A stretch of DNA of 64,000 nt from Thermoanaerobaculia bacterium (GCA_963666565.1 OY762911.1:1951497-2015496), one strand, 5' to 3'; positions 9,067 through 18,898 are shown, counted from the first letter of the stretch. The notes: generated by a model from the sequence alone, not told the origin. A program made the numbers and translations.

Positions 9067-9561
9067 TCAGCTCTGGTCGTCGCGGGTCACGGCCAGGGCG
9101 GCGACGCCGGCGGCCCCGGCGATGCCCGCGATCGCCGCCGCCGACAGGCCTCCGGCGGCCGCGGCCCCGGCGGCGGCGCCGCCGGCTGCCGCTCCGGCAG
9201 CGGCGCCCGCGGCCGCTCCCGCCGCGGCGGCGGCGCCCGAAGCCGTGACCACGACGCCCGTCACCGCCGTGGCGCCGACGGTCACCGGGATGGAGGCCAG
9301 AGCCTCGCCGACAATGGCCTGGATCACGTACTCGCGCTGAGGCACTCCGCTGAACGCCCAGAATCCGCGCGCGCCGGTGGTGCCGCTCTGGATCGCGGCA
9401 CCCACGGCTTCCCCGCCTTCCGCGGCGAACAGCTCGACCGCGACGCCGTCAAGGCCCTCGCCGGCCGCGTTTACGAGCCGGCCGGAGACCGCGCTCTCCT
9501 GAGCGCCGGCGACCGACGCCGCCAGCAAGACCATCAGTACCAACGACATGAACCTGCGCAT
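9067..9561 (-). CDS. Secreted protein with a carboxypeptidase-regulatory-like domain and a Gly/Ala-rich hydrophobic C-terminal tail
   Basis: Signal peptide MRRFMSLVLMVLLAASVAGAQ, then SGRLVNAAGEGLDGVAVELF...GTTGARGFWAFSGVPQREYVIQA, which matches the CarbopepD_reg pattern, then a low-complexity A/G tail. The 226-aa track ORF is an upstream extension. Confidence 0.55.
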   Translation of the reverse strand: MRRFMSLVLMVLLAASVAGAQESAVSGRLVNAAGEGLDGVAVELFAAEGGEAVGAAIQSGTTGARGFWAFSGVPQREYVIQAIVGEALASIPVTVGATAVTGVVVTASGAAAAAGAAAGAAAGAAAGGAAAGAAAAGGLSAAAIAGIAGAAGVAALAVTRDDQS

Positions 9562-9708
9562 CGCCTCGGCATCTCCCTTCAAGCGTTGCAGAAACGTGTC
9601 CGCGAGTATTGCCCACCGGCCGGCGGCCGTCAAACGACCCTCACCCGCGTTGTCCGGGCCCGAGGGCCGGTGTAGGCTCGCCATGCCCCTCGACAGTGGA
9701 GAAGAACC

Positions 9709-9996
9709 ATGACTCTGACCATAGAGCAACTGCGCGAGGAGCTGCATCGGGAACTGACCCCGATGCGCAAGGAGATTCGGGATCTGCGGACTGACGTGGC
9801 CGATCTCCGAGGGGAGATGGCCGACCTCAGAGTGGAAGTGGCCAAGCTCCCGACCAGGGACGACATGCGCGAACTGGTCCTGGACAAGACGAACGCCATG
9901 AAGGGCAATCTGCTCGCGTGGATTGCCGCTTCGGCCGTGGCCGTCACGGCTGCCCTGACCGCCGTGGTGTTTGGAATCGCCAAGCTCCTCGAGTAA
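9709..9996 (+). CDS. Small coiled-coil protein with a C-terminal TM helix (hypothetical)
   Basis: ATG start; heptad-like LREELHRELTPMRKEIRDLRTDVADLRGEMADLRVEVAKL, then a hydrophobic AWIAASAVAVTAALTAVVFGI segment. It lies divergent to the CarbopepD_reg gene and is followed by a solo REP hairpin. Confidence 0.45.
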   Translation: MTLTIEQLREELHRELTPMRKEIRDLRTDVADLRGEMADLRVEVAKLPTRDDMRELVLDKTNAMKGNLLAWIAASAVAVTAALTAVVFGIAKLLE

Positions 9997-10041
9997 CGGA
10001 GGCCCGGCGGCCGAGCGGGTGCTCGGTCGCCGGCGCCGGAT

Positions 10042-10065
10042 GCGGGTCGGAAGACCCGCGCACCC
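10042..10065. repeat. Solo REP unit (GCGGGTCGGAAGACCCGCGCACCC) between convergent genes
   Basis: Exact match to the right-TIR consensus of the MITE family. The unit is itself a 7-bp-stem hairpin. Confidence 0.8.
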
Positions 10066-10080
10066 GGCGCGGAGCGGCGG

Positions 10081-12360
10081 CTACGGCTGGATCAGGTAGG
10101 TGAACTTCACCGCGATCTGGCGGCGGGTGCTCGTCCGGTAGCGGAGGTCCTCGGCCATCCAGTTCTCGTTGTACACGACGAACAGGTCGGAGCCCGGTTT
10201 GTAGATCCAGTGCAGGCGGACGTTGGTTCCGAGGTCGCCGGAGAGATCGTTGTACTGGACGATCGTGTTCAGCCGCAGGTTCGGGTTGAACGTCAGGTTG
10301 ACGATCTGGCTGTAGAGGCCGACGTCGAAGGCGCCGGTCGGCAGCTCGACGTCGTTGAACACCCAGCGGGTTTCCGTCTGCAGGTTCTTCGAGAGGCGGA
10401 GGTTGAGGGAGAGGCGGCCCGAGGTCTGGGTGCCGTCGTAGAAGTCGCCGATGCCGAGGCGGCCGCGCACGCCAAGGAGACGGCTCTGGTTGCTGAACGT
10501 GGCGAGTTCGACGGTGTCGAACTCGTAGCGCCCCGGCGGGATCACGACGCCGGGCGACACCTCGAACGGCTCGACCAGGTTCTCCGTTTCGTTGACGTAA
10601 CCGATCCGCCAGCGGTCCTCGGTAGTCATCCTCATGCCGATGGGCGAGAACTCGATCCGGCGCGTCTCGAGTTCGCCTTCGTCCAGCGTCTCGTAGTAGT
10701 CGACGTTCAGTTCGGTGAACCAGGAGCGGACCAGGCCCCGTTCGATCCGGGGCAGCCACTGGATCATCGGGTTCAGGTGCCGGACGTTCCGGCGCAGGAG
10801 GAAGCCGGCCCTCGGGTCGTAGTCCCGCTCGATCTCCTGGGCGTCCAGGAACATGGTCAGGGTGCGGCCCTGGTAGTCGAAGTTCAGCCCGTAGGCGGAC
10901 TCGCCGGCGTCGGAGGGGTCGGCCGGCGCCGCGTCCCCGGAGTCCGCGGACGGTTCCTCGCCGATGCCGCTGCTGGACCAGAAGCCGCCGAAGATCGTCT
11001 TCGACGTCGGCTTGTAGACGAAGTCGACGCCGGCGACCCGGTTCGCGAGTTCGCCGTCCGGGGCCGCTTCGGTGAGCATCGCGCCGATCGACGAGCGCTC
11101 GCCGACGTTGCGCTTCAGGCGGGCGACGGTGAACGCGTTCGCGGGCAGCGTGCCGTCGGCCCGCTCCAGCCCGGCCGTGGCGACGCGCAGGACGCCGATG
11201 TCCCAGCCGCCCATCCGGCCGGTGAGGCGGGCGCCCCAGTCGATCGGGACCTGCCGGCCCGCGTCCAGGCCGACCCGCCGGGAGAAGAACGCCTTGAGCA
11301 CCGGCGGCTGGTAGAAGCGGCGGTGGGGCGGACCGAAGTCGAAGATGCCCGCGTTCTCCAGGAAGAAGTCGCGCTTCTCGGGGAAGTAGAGCGAGAACCG
11401 GGTCAGGTTCGTTTGCAACTCGTCGACCTCGACCTCGGCGAAGTCCGTGTTGTACGTCAGGTCGAGCGCCAGGGAACGCGTCACGCCCCACTTCAGGTCC
11501 AGGCCGAAGTCGCCGTCGGTGGCCGGGTCGAGGTCGAGGCGCGGGTCCTCGCTGACGTCGCCGATGGCGTACGGCTTGATCTGAAGTTGCGCCGACTGGC
11601 TGAGTCCGGTGAGCCCGGTCAGTTCGCCGGCCATGGACACCCGATGCACGGGCTGCACGTCGGAACCGACCTGACCGAGCACGCCGACTTCGCGGGGCAG
11701 GCCGGACCAGTGGGTCATCTCGCGCTTGTGGGCGATGTAGCGCTGGACGTTGAAGCCCCAGGCCGGCGCGGCCGGATCGAACCGGAGCGTGGAGATGGGA
11801 ATCGCGATCTCGGCGGTCCAGCCCGCCGCCGTCCTGCGGGACGCGACCGCCCAGATGCCGTCCCACTCGAGGTTCAGGTCGCGGCCTTCGTCGGTGACCA
11901 GGGTGTCGGTTCTTGCGCCGTTCAGGTTCGTCTCGAAGGCGTAGGCGTTGCGTCGATCATGGAAGGTGTCCAGCAACAGGATGATCGAGTCGTCCTGGAA
12001 GATGCGGCTGTCCCGCTCCATCTCCTTGGCGATGATCGCGTCGGGGTTCGCGTCGAAGGCGGCGATGCCGAAGTAGATGGTGCTGTCGGTGAACACGACC
12101 CGCACTTCCGTCTGCTCGGTCGCCGGCACGCCGTCGAGGGGCTCGTGCTGCATGAAGTCCGTGCCGACCTCGGACGCCTGCCAGGCCCGGTCGCTCAGGT
12201 CGCCGTCGACGGTCGGGGCCTGGTCCACGCGGGTGGCCGCCATGCTGGGACGCTCGGCTGCTGTTGCCGGCCGCTCCTGCCCCGCGAGCGGCGCGGCCGC
12301 CAGGAGCGCCAGCGTCACAGCCGTCCAGGTCGGCGCAACTGGTCTCTTCGGTGGCGACAC
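10081..12360 (-). CDS. DUF5916 family protein with an N-terminal carbohydrate-binding-module-9-like domain
   Basis: Signal peptide RPVAPTWTAVTLALLAAAPLAGQ. The CBM9-like region (VDGDLSDRAWQ...TDFMQHEP...VRVVFTDSTIYFGI...RNAYAFETN) is followed by a large beta-rich domain. The likely start is GTG at 12360; the track ORF is extended upstream to 12525. Confidence 0.65.
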   Translation of the reverse strand: MSPPKRPVAPTWTAVTLALLAAAPLAGQERPATAAERPSMAATRVDQAPTVDGDLSDRAWQASEVGTDFMQHEPLDGVPATEQTEVRVVFTDSTIYFGIAAFDANPDAIIAKEMERDSRIFQDDSIILLLDTFHDRRNAYAFETNLNGARTDTLVTDEGRDLNLEWDGIWAVASRRTAAGWTAEIAIPISTLRFDPAAPAWGFNVQRYIAHKREMTHWSGLPREVGVLGQVGSDVQPVHRVSMAGELTGLTGLSQSAQLQIKPYAIGDVSEDPRLDLDPATDGDFGLDLKWGVTRSLALDLTYNTDFAEVEVDELQTNLTRFSLYFPEKRDFFLENAGIFDFGPPHRRFYQPPVLKAFFSRRVGLDAGRQVPIDWGARLTGRMGGWDIGVLRVATAGLERADGTLPANAFTVARLKRNVGERSSIGAMLTEAAPDGELANRVAGVDFVYKPTSKTIFGGFWSSSGIGEEPSADSGDAAPADPSDAGESAYGLNFDYQGRTLTMFLDAQEIERDYDPRAGFLLRRNVRHLNPMIQWLPRIERGLVRSWFTELNVDYYETLDEGELETRRIEFSPIGMRMTTEDRWRIGYVNETENLVEPFEVSPGVVIPPGRYEFDTVELATFSNQSRLLGVRGRLGIGDFYDGTQTSGRLSLNLRLSKNLQTETRWVFNDVELPTGAFDVGLYSQIVNLTFNPNLRLNTIVQYNDLSGDLGTNVRLHWIYKPGSDLFVVYNENWMAEDLRYRTSTRRQIAVKFTYLIQP

Positions 12361-12523
12361 GGGCTCGGTACGCGGAGACGGGGTCGGCGGCGGTCGGCCG
12401 GACGTATGGGTTCGGCGGCTGCAGGGGCGCGTAGTTCGCGCCAGCGGGAACCGGCGCAGACTAGCAGGAGCGGACGGCGCCGAGCCGCAGCCGCGCGCGG
12501 TCTCTGCGGTAACGTCCGCCCCC

Positions 12524-13828
12524 ATGCCCGACGAACGGCAGCCCGACCTGTTGACGCTGGCCGAGCAGGCCTGGCGCGGCGAGCTCGACCTCCAGTTCGA
12601 GCACCACCCGGTGCACCGCTACTACCCGGGTTCCTGCCGGCTCGCCGACGGTCTGCTCGGCTTCAAGGGCATCGCCGGCTTCTACGTCATCGACAGCGGC
12701 GACGGCCTGGTGATGCTCGACGCCGGCCATCTGCTCGACGTGAAGCGCTGCTTCGAGGACGTGCGGCGGGAATGGCCGGATACGCCGGTCGTGGCCGCGA
12801 TCTACTCGCATCACCACGCGGACCATGTGTTCTCGGTCACCGCCTTCGACGCGGAGGCGGAAGATCGGGGCTGGCCGCGGCCGACCGTGTACGCCCACGA
12901 GCGGGTGCCGGCCCACTTCGACCGCTACCGGGCGACCCTGGGCTGGAACACGGCGATCAACCGCCGGCAGTTCGCGATCGACGCGCCGCACTACCGTTGG
13001 CCCGACAGCTACCGATACCCGGACGTCCTGTACCGCAGCAACCTGACCTTCCGGCGCGGGGAGCTGACCTTCGAGCTGACCCACGGCTGCGGCGAGACGG
13101 ACGACGTCACCTGGACCTGGATTCCGGAGCGCCGCATCCTGCACACCGGCGACCTGTTCATCTGGGCGGTGCCGAACGCGGGCAACCCGCAGAAGGTGCA
13201 GCGCTACGTCGGCGACTGGGCGGACAGCCTGGAGCGGATGCTGCCGCTCGGCGCCGAGATCCTGCTGCCGGGTCACGGCCTGCCGATCCTGGGCGCGGAC
13301 CGGGTGCGCCGGGCGCTGGACGACACCGCGCGCTACATGAGGTCGATCGAGGAGCAGAGCTTGGCCGCGATGAACCGGGGGCTGAGCCTCGACCGGGTGG
13401 TCCGGGCTGTGACGCCGCCGGCCGACCTGGCGGACGAGCCGTACTTGCAGCCGGTCTACGACGATCCGAGCTTCCTCGTGCGGATGGTCTGGCGGCGCTA
13501 CGGCGGCTGGTGGGACGGCGAGTTCGACACCGTGATGCCGGCCACGAAGAGTGAGCAGGCCGAGGCTTGGGTCGAACTCGCGGGCGGAGTCGAGCGGGTG
13601 GTCGAACGGGCGCTGGCGGCATCGTCGGAGGGCAGGCACGCCGTCGCCTGCCACCTGATCGAGGCGGCCCGGCACGCGGCGCCGGAGAGCGCCGAGGTCC
13701 ACGAGGCGCGCGCGACCGTCTACCGCGCCAACGCCGGGACGCAGGCGTCGTCGATGGCGCGCAACATCCTGAACCACGCGGCGTTGGCGAGCGACCGGGG
13801 CCGGCGGGATCTAGCCTCGGATGAGTGA
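12524..13828 (+). CDS. MBL-fold alkyl/aryl-sulfatase-like hydrolase (lacks the SCP2 C-terminal domain)
   Basis: HxHxDH motif (YSHHHADHVFS) plus a downstream alkylsulfatase dimerisation-like region (YLQPVYDDPSFLVRMVWRRYGGWWDGEF). ATG at 12524. The track ORF is extended upstream to 12077. Confidence 0.75.
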   Translation: MPDERQPDLLTLAEQAWRGELDLQFEHHPVHRYYPGSCRLADGLLGFKGIAGFYVIDSGDGLVMLDAGHLLDVKRCFEDVRREWPDTPVVAAIYSHHHADHVFSVTAFDAEAEDRGWPRPTVYAHERVPAHFDRYRATLGWNTAINRRQFAIDAPHYRWPDSYRYPDVLYRSNLTFRRGELTFELTHGCGETDDVTWTWIPERRILHTGDLFIWAVPNAGNPQKVQRYVGDWADSLERMLPLGAEILLPGHGLPILGADRVRRALDDTARYMRSIEEQSLAAMNRGLSLDRVVRAVTPPADLADEPYLQPVYDDPSFLVRMVWRRYGGWWDGEFDTVMPATKSEQAEAWVELAGGVERVVERALAASSEGRHAVACHLIEAARHAAPESAEVHEARATVYRANAGTQASSMARNILNHAALASDRGRRDLASDE

Positions 13829-14348
13829 AACGCCTGCCGGCGCCGAGGCGGACCGGACCGTCAAGCCGGATGGCGGTCTGGCCGGCCGCGCCGGTGCGTT
13901 GTGGGCGGTGGGCGGCATCGTCGGCCTGCTCGTGTGGGCGGTCTACCGGCTGGCCACGATCTCGATCGATGCCTTCGACCATCCCTTCGCCTGGTATCAC
14001 TGGGCTTCGCTGCTCGCGATCGTTCCCTTCATGGCCTGGTCGGAGGGGTGGCGCGGCTTCCAGTTGCGGTTTTCTCCGCGCGTGGCGGAGCGGGCGATGA
14101 CGGTTCGCCGGGAGCCGACCCTTCGGCGAGTGGCGCTCGCGCCCCTTTACGCGGCCGGCTACTTCGAGGGAACGAGGCGCGAGCGGCTCGGCGTCTGGCT
14201 CGGAACCGCCGGCATCGTGGTGCTGATCGTCATCGTGCACCGGCTGGCCCAGCCGTGGCGGGGGATCCTGGATGCGGGTGTGGTCGTCGGACTCTCCTGG
14301 GGCACGATCGCGACGCTGGCCTGCAGCGCGCGCGCCTGGCGAAGCTGA
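13821..14348 (+). CDS. Hypothetical membrane protein (4 predicted TM segments)
   Basis: The ATG overlaps the sulfatase stop (ATGAGTGA); hydrophobic segments are present throughout. Confidence 0.5.
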   Translation: MSETPAGAEADRTVKPDGGLAGRAGALWAVGGIVGLLVWAVYRLATISIDAFDHPFAWYHWASLLAIVPFMAWSEGWRGFQLRFSPRVAERAMTVRREPTLRRVALAPLYAAGYFEGTRRERLGVWLGTAGIVVLIVIVHRLAQPWRGILDAGVVVGLSWGTIATLACSARAWRS

Positions 14349-14360
14349 TCCGCTTCCACT

Positions 14361-14547
14361 GGGTGCGCGGGTTTTCTGACCCGCTCTCGGGCGAAGCTGC
14401 GAAGCGGCGCAGTCCCGAGGACAGGGCCGCCGGCGGAAGGCCGGCGACCGCGCCAGACGGGGCGCCGGCCACGGCGGAGCCGGCTTGCGGCCGGCGCGTC
14501 CTTCTGGCCGCCTTCGGCGGCAGCGGGTCAGAAGACCCGCGCACCCG
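14361..14547. repeat. MITE/REP-like element, full copy (TIRs GGGTGCGCGGGTTTTCTGACCCGC and GCGGGTCAGAAGACCCGCGCACCC)
   Basis: Perfect 24-bp terminal inverted repeats flank about 140 bp of GC-rich internal sequence. It sits between convergent gene ends. Confidence 0.85.
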
Positions 14548-14558
14548 GTGCAGTGCCT

Positions 14559-16856
14559 CTACGGCTCGATCGTCTTCAGGATGAAGCGGGCCATCGTCTG
14601 GCGGAGGTGCAGCGAGAGGTCCGGATCGGTCACGCCGTGGCGGGACTTCGGGTAGAGCATCATCTCGAAGGGCTTGCCGGCCTTCTGTAGCTTCCAGGCC
14701 ATCTGCAGGGTGTTCTGCATGTGGACGTTGTCGTCCATCGTGCCGTGGACGATCAGCAGGTCGCCGTGGAGGTCTCCGGCCGTCTCAAGCACCGAGGTGC
14801 GCTCGTACCCTTCCGGGTTGTCGTCCGGCGTCGACATGTAGCGCTCGGTGTAGATCGAGTCGTAGGCGCGCCAGTCGACGACGCTGCCGCCGGCGATGCC
14901 GGCGCGGAAGCGATCGGAGCGGGTGAGCGCGTAGAGCGTCATGTAGCCGCCGAAGCTCCAGCCGTCGAGTCCGATCCGCTCCGCGTCGACCCACGGCTTC
15001 GCGCCGAGCCAGTCGACGGCTTCGACCAGGTCGATGAGCTCCTGCTCGCCGAAGTTCCGGTACACCGGCCAGGTCGACTCGACTCCCTTGCCCGAGGCGA
15101 TCCGGTTGTCGACGACGAGGACGACGATTCCCTGCTGGGCGAGGTACTGGAACCACATGCCGCGCGACCCCAGCCAGCCGTTGCGGACCTGCTGGGCGTG
15201 GGGGCCGCCGTAGACGTGGACCCAGGCCGGGTAGACGCGATCGGGATCGAAGCCGTGCGGCCGGATGAGCATCGCTTCGAGGTCGACGCCGTCGCTGGTC
15301 CGGATCTGCAGGAGTTCCGGCTTCGAGACGTCGAACCGCTTCAGGTCCGGCACGTCGCCGCCGCCGAGCCGGCGGACCGGCTCGCCGTCGTCGGCGCGTC
15401 GCAGCGTCATCGTCGTCGGCGTGTGGAGGTCGCTCGACGTGGCGATCCAGTGCGCGACCGGACCGTCTTCCGGGAAGTTGCCGCGGTGACTGCCGGTCGA
15501 GTCGGTGAGAAGCGTCGGCGCCGAGCCGTCGAGCGCCACGCGGAGCACGTCCGCGCCGATTGCCGAACGGAAGGTGCCCGAGACGTAGGCGAATCCTGCC
15601 TCCTCGTCCACCGCGTTCAGGGAACGCACTTCCCAGCGGCCATCGGTGAGCGGCCGGACCAGCTTGCCGTTCTTGTCGTAGCGGTAGAGGTGCTGGAAGC
15701 CGGTCCGTTCGCTGAGCCAGAGGAAGCCGCCGGGGGAGTTGCCGTTCTCCGCGTTCGAACCGCTCCCGTCCCGGCTGCTTCCCGGCCCGCCGTTTCCGCT
15801 CCGGCCGCCTTCCAGAAAGCGGGGAGGCCCGAGCGCGTTGACCCAGGCGTGGGACTCCTCTCGCAGCACCCGCTCCGATTCGCCGGTATCGGGATCGGCG
15901 CGGTGCAGGTCGAGGAAGGTCTGCCGGCGATCCTGGACCTGGTACCAGACATCGCCGTCGGGCGAGAACGCGACGTCTACGATCAGGATCTCGTCGTGCC
16001 CGTAGAGGCCCGGATCGATCCACGCAATGCCCCCGCCGGCGGCCTTCGCGACGCCGAGCCGGACGCGCGGGTTCGGATCGCCGGCCTTCGGGTAGGGGTA
16101 GACCTCGAGCGGCGGCCGGAACGGAACGTGGTCGACTACCGTGAAGCGGGGCACGTCCCGCTCGTCGGTCTGCAGGAAGGCGATGCGGCGGCCGTCGGGG
16201 CTCCACCAGTGGGCCTGGTAGTTGCCGCGTCCGTAGATCTCCTCCTGGTAGACCCAGTCGAGCTTGCCGTTCAGGGTGTGCTCGCCGCCGTCGGCGGTCA
16301 GCCGGAGTTCGTTGCCGGAGGCGTCGACGACGTGGAGATCCGCGTCGCGCACGAACGCGATGCGGCGGCCGTCCGGCGAGAAGCGGGGGAGTTCCTCGGT
16401 CTCGGGTCCCCGGGTGAGTCGGGTCAGCGTCTCGTCGTCGAAGCTCCAGACGAACAGGTCCGAGGCGAGGTCGAGCAGCAGCGCGTCGGCGCCGGGCGAC
16501 ATCAGCAGCGAACCGGGGCGCGCTCGTTGTGCCGCGTCCTCCGCGCTCAAGTCCAGTTGCTCCGCGAGCGCGGCCGCCAGCGGTTCCGGGTCGTAGAACG
16601 GCCGGGACTCCCCCGACGCCGCGTCGACGACCGTCCAGGACCGGCGATCGTGGCCGTCCTCCGCGAGCAGGTACTCCTCACCGCCGGGAAGCCAGCGGAT
16701 CCGCGGCAGATCGGGCGAGAAGTCGAGCGCCTCCGGCCCGTAGATGTGGTGAAGCTCCAGGGGCTCCGTCTGCGCCGCCGCCGGCTGGAGCGCGGCGCCG
16801 GTCAGGACGGCGGCGGGAACACAGGCGAGCGCGAGTCGTCGGCTGATCGTGAGCAT
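14559..16856 (-). CDS. S9 family serine peptidase (dipeptidyl aminopeptidase / acylaminoacyl-peptidase-like)
   Basis: N-terminal beta-propeller region and C-terminal alpha/beta hydrolase with the GWSFGG nucleophile elbow and His-Asp region. Signal peptide MLTISRRLALACVPAAVLTGAALQPAAAQ. ATG at 16856; the track ORF is extended to 17129. Confidence 0.85.
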   Translation of the reverse strand: MLTISRRLALACVPAAVLTGAALQPAAAQTEPLELHHIYGPEALDFSPDLPRIRWLPGGEEYLLAEDGHDRRSWTVVDAASGESRPFYDPEPLAAALAEQLDLSAEDAAQRARPGSLLMSPGADALLLDLASDLFVWSFDDETLTRLTRGPETEELPRFSPDGRRIAFVRDADLHVVDASGNELRLTADGGEHTLNGKLDWVYQEEIYGRGNYQAHWWSPDGRRIAFLQTDERDVPRFTVVDHVPFRPPLEVYPYPKAGDPNPRVRLGVAKAAGGGIAWIDPGLYGHDEILIVDVAFSPDGDVWYQVQDRRQTFLDLHRADPDTGESERVLREESHAWVNALGPPRFLEGGRSGNGGPGSSRDGSGSNAENGNSPGGFLWLSERTGFQHLYRYDKNGKLVRPLTDGRWEVRSLNAVDEEAGFAYVSGTFRSAIGADVLRVALDGSAPTLLTDSTGSHRGNFPEDGPVAHWIATSSDLHTPTTMTLRRADDGEPVRRLGGGDVPDLKRFDVSKPELLQIRTSDGVDLEAMLIRPHGFDPDRVYPAWVHVYGGPHAQQVRNGWLGSRGMWFQYLAQQGIVVLVVDNRIASGKGVESTWPVYRNFGEQELIDLVEAVDWLGAKPWVDAERIGLDGWSFGGYMTLYALTRSDRFRAGIAGGSVVDWRAYDSIYTERYMSTPDDNPEGYERTSVLETAGDLHGDLLIVHGTMDDNVHMQNTLQMAWKLQKAGKPFEMMLYPKSRHGVTDPDLSLHLRQTMARFILKTIEP

Positions 16857-16943
16857 GGCGGAACAGTAGCGGAGCCGAGACGCTGGCGCCTGCAGGCCAG
16901 GCGCTTGCAGGGAACTGGCCGCCAGAGGCGCCAGCCTTCCGCT

Positions 16944-17080
16944 GGGTGCGCGGGTCTTCCGACCCGCCCGCGGGCGAAGGCGCGGAGCGGCGCAGCCCGC
17001 GCAACAAGCCGCCGGCCAAAGGTCGGCGACGATTCCGCATGCCGCCTCCGGCGGCGGCGGGTCAAAGGGCCCGCGCAGCG
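16944..17080. repeat. MITE/REP-like element with a degenerate right TIR, in a divergent intergenic region
   Basis: The left TIR is exact (16944-16967). The right end, GCGGGTCAAAGGGCCCGCGCAGCG, is mutated. Confidence 0.7.
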
Positions 17081-17112
17081 GCAGGTTCCCTTGGTTCCGG
17101 TCCTGCGATACC

Positions 17113-18699
17113 GTGGCCGCTTCCCGCATGAGCTTGATCGCCTGGTCCTGGTTGTTCCTCGTCGTCTACCTGGGCGGCATGCTGGCGTTCGGCGTGATCG
17201 GCCGGAACCGGGTGCAGGGCGCGGACGACTTCGCGACGGCGCGGGCGGCTTACGGCCCCTTCTTCCTCGCCCTCGCCTTCGCGGCGACGACGGCGAGCGG
17301 GGCGACGTTCCTCGGCTTCCCGGGGCTTGCCTACGAGCACGGCACGGCGGCGCTGCTGTCGGCGGTCCTCTACCCGGCGGGCGTGTATCTGGGCGTGCTG
17401 ATCTGCATGCGGCTGGTGGCGAACGTGGGCGACCGGTTCGGCTCGCGTTCCATCCCGGAGTTCCTGGGCGACCGCTACCAGTCGGACGGCATCCGCGTGA
17501 TCGTCACGGTGGCGTCCCTGCTCCTGTTCTTCTATCTGGCGGGCCAGCTCCTGTCGGGCCTGGTCATGTTCGAGACGATGCTCGGCCTGTCGCCGGCCTG
17601 GGCGCTCGGGATCACGGCGGTCGTGCTGATGGTCTACGTCTCGCTGGGCGGCGCCCACGCCGACATCCTCACCGACGGCGTGCAGGGCTTCCTCATGCTG
17701 CTGATCGGCGTGCTGGTCATCGTCCTGTTCGTCGTCGGCGCCGGCCTCGACGGGGGCCTCGGCTCGGTCATCTCAAGTATCCGGGGGCAGGATCCGAATC
17801 AGGTCGGCTGGATCAACCGCTCGACGCCGCTCTACCACTCGTGGTGGTCGCAACTGGCGGTGCTTCTGGCCCATATCCCGCTGGGGCTGTTGCCGCACAT
17901 CGGCAACAAGATCTGGGCGCTCAAGACCGGCAGGTCGCGCTTCACCTTCCTGCGTTTCGCTTCCGTCTTCGGCGTCACGCTGGGCATGCTCGGCCTCGGC
18001 GGCGCCCTGGCCCGGGCGGTGCTCGGCGGACGCCTGTACGAGGAGGGATCGACGCCGAACGAGGCGCTCCCGGCGCTGTTCATCGAGCTGTTCCCGGCCT
18101 GGCTGGCGGCCCTGATCGGCGTCGGCATCCTGTCGGCGGTCATGTCGACGGCGGACGGGCTGGTGGTCTCCTCGTCGCAGATCGTGGCGAACGATCTCTA
18201 CCGGCGGACGATCGCGCCTCGGTTCCACTCGCACCTGAGCGACGAACAGCTCGATCGCCGGGTGCTGGTCATCAGCCGCTGGGCGACGGTGGGGGTCATG
18301 GTCGTTTGCGTGACGATGGCCTGGATGCTGATGGACATGAACATCGCGATCCTGGTCTGGACGGGGAACGGCGGCATGATGGCGGCCTTCGCCGGGCCGC
18401 TCGTGCTCGGCGCGCTCTGGAGCGGCGTGACGCGCGCCGGCGCCTACACCGGGCTGATCGCCGGCTTGAGCTCCTTCCTGATCCTGCATACCGGCGTCAT
18501 CGATCCGGCGTGGTTCGAGGGCAGCTTCCTGCACCCGGCGTTCTCCTGGCTGCACGGCGAGTCGCCGAACCCGACCTCCTGCGCGGCGCTCGCCGGACTG
18601 TTCGCGATGGGGTGCACCGCGGCCGTCTCGTTCGCAACCAGGCCGCTGCCCGAGACCCACGTCGCGTCGCTGTTCCGGCGCCTCCCGGCGACCGACTGA
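17113..18699 (+). CDS. Sodium:solute symporter family transporter
   Basis: About 13 TM helices and SSF-type N-terminal motifs (GRNRVQGADDFATARAAYGPFFLA...TASGATFLGFPG). Confidence 0.8.
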   Translation: MAASRMSLIAWSWLFLVVYLGGMLAFGVIGRNRVQGADDFATARAAYGPFFLALAFAATTASGATFLGFPGLAYEHGTAALLSAVLYPAGVYLGVLICMRLVANVGDRFGSRSIPEFLGDRYQSDGIRVIVTVASLLLFFYLAGQLLSGLVMFETMLGLSPAWALGITAVVLMVYVSLGGAHADILTDGVQGFLMLLIGVLVIVLFVVGAGLDGGLGSVISSIRGQDPNQVGWINRSTPLYHSWWSQLAVLLAHIPLGLLPHIGNKIWALKTGRSRFTFLRFASVFGVTLGMLGLGGALARAVLGGRLYEEGSTPNEALPALFIELFPAWLAALIGVGILSAVMSTADGLVVSSSQIVANDLYRRTIAPRFHSHLSDEQLDRRVLVISRWATVGVMVVCVTMAWMLMDMNIAILVWTGNGGMMAAFAGPLVLGALWSGVTRAGAYTGLIAGLSSFLILHTGVIDPAWFEGSFLHPAFSWLHGESPNPTSCAALAGLFAMGCTAAVSFATRPLPETHVASLFRRLPATD

Positions 18700-18704
18700 C
18701 CGCC

Positions 18705-18898
18705 GGGTGCGCGGGTCTTCCGACCCGCATGTCGGTGCGCGGGTCTTCCGACCCGCATGTCGGTGCGCGGGTCTTCTGACCCGCTGCCGCCGCAGGCGGC
18801 GTCCAGCATCGTCGCCGGCCTCCGGCCGGCGGCCTTCTTGTCCGGGCTGCGCCGCTCCGCGGCTTCGCCCCCGAGCGGGTCGGAAGACCCGCGCACCC
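18705..18898. repeat. MITE/REP-like element with the left TIR tandemly triplicated
   Basis: Three left-TIR units at 18705, about 18734 and about 18763, then internal sequence, then the right TIR at 18875-18898. The internal sequence is nearly identical to the copy at 19552-19717. Confidence 0.85.

Noticed and set aside
9067-9747. Long N-terminal part (MQLLAQLLYGQSHG...) of the CarbopepD_reg ORF
   Set aside because: The internal ATG at 9561 gives a canonical signal peptide (MRRFMSLVLMVLLAASVAGAQ) directly followed by the domain. The upstream part would overlap the divergent promoter region.
10210-13554. 1114-aa plus-strand ORF
   Set aside because: It is antisense to the DUF5916 gene and then runs out of frame across the sulfatase gene. 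The translation is Arg/Ala/Gly-rich low-complexity sequence typical of high-GC shadow ORFs, and genuine motif-bearing genes occupy the region on the other strand and frame.
14721-18779. 1352-aa plus-strand ORF
   Set aside because: A shadow ORF antisense to the S9 peptidase that continues out of frame over the SSF transporter. It has no motifs, and its composition reflects GC3 bias.
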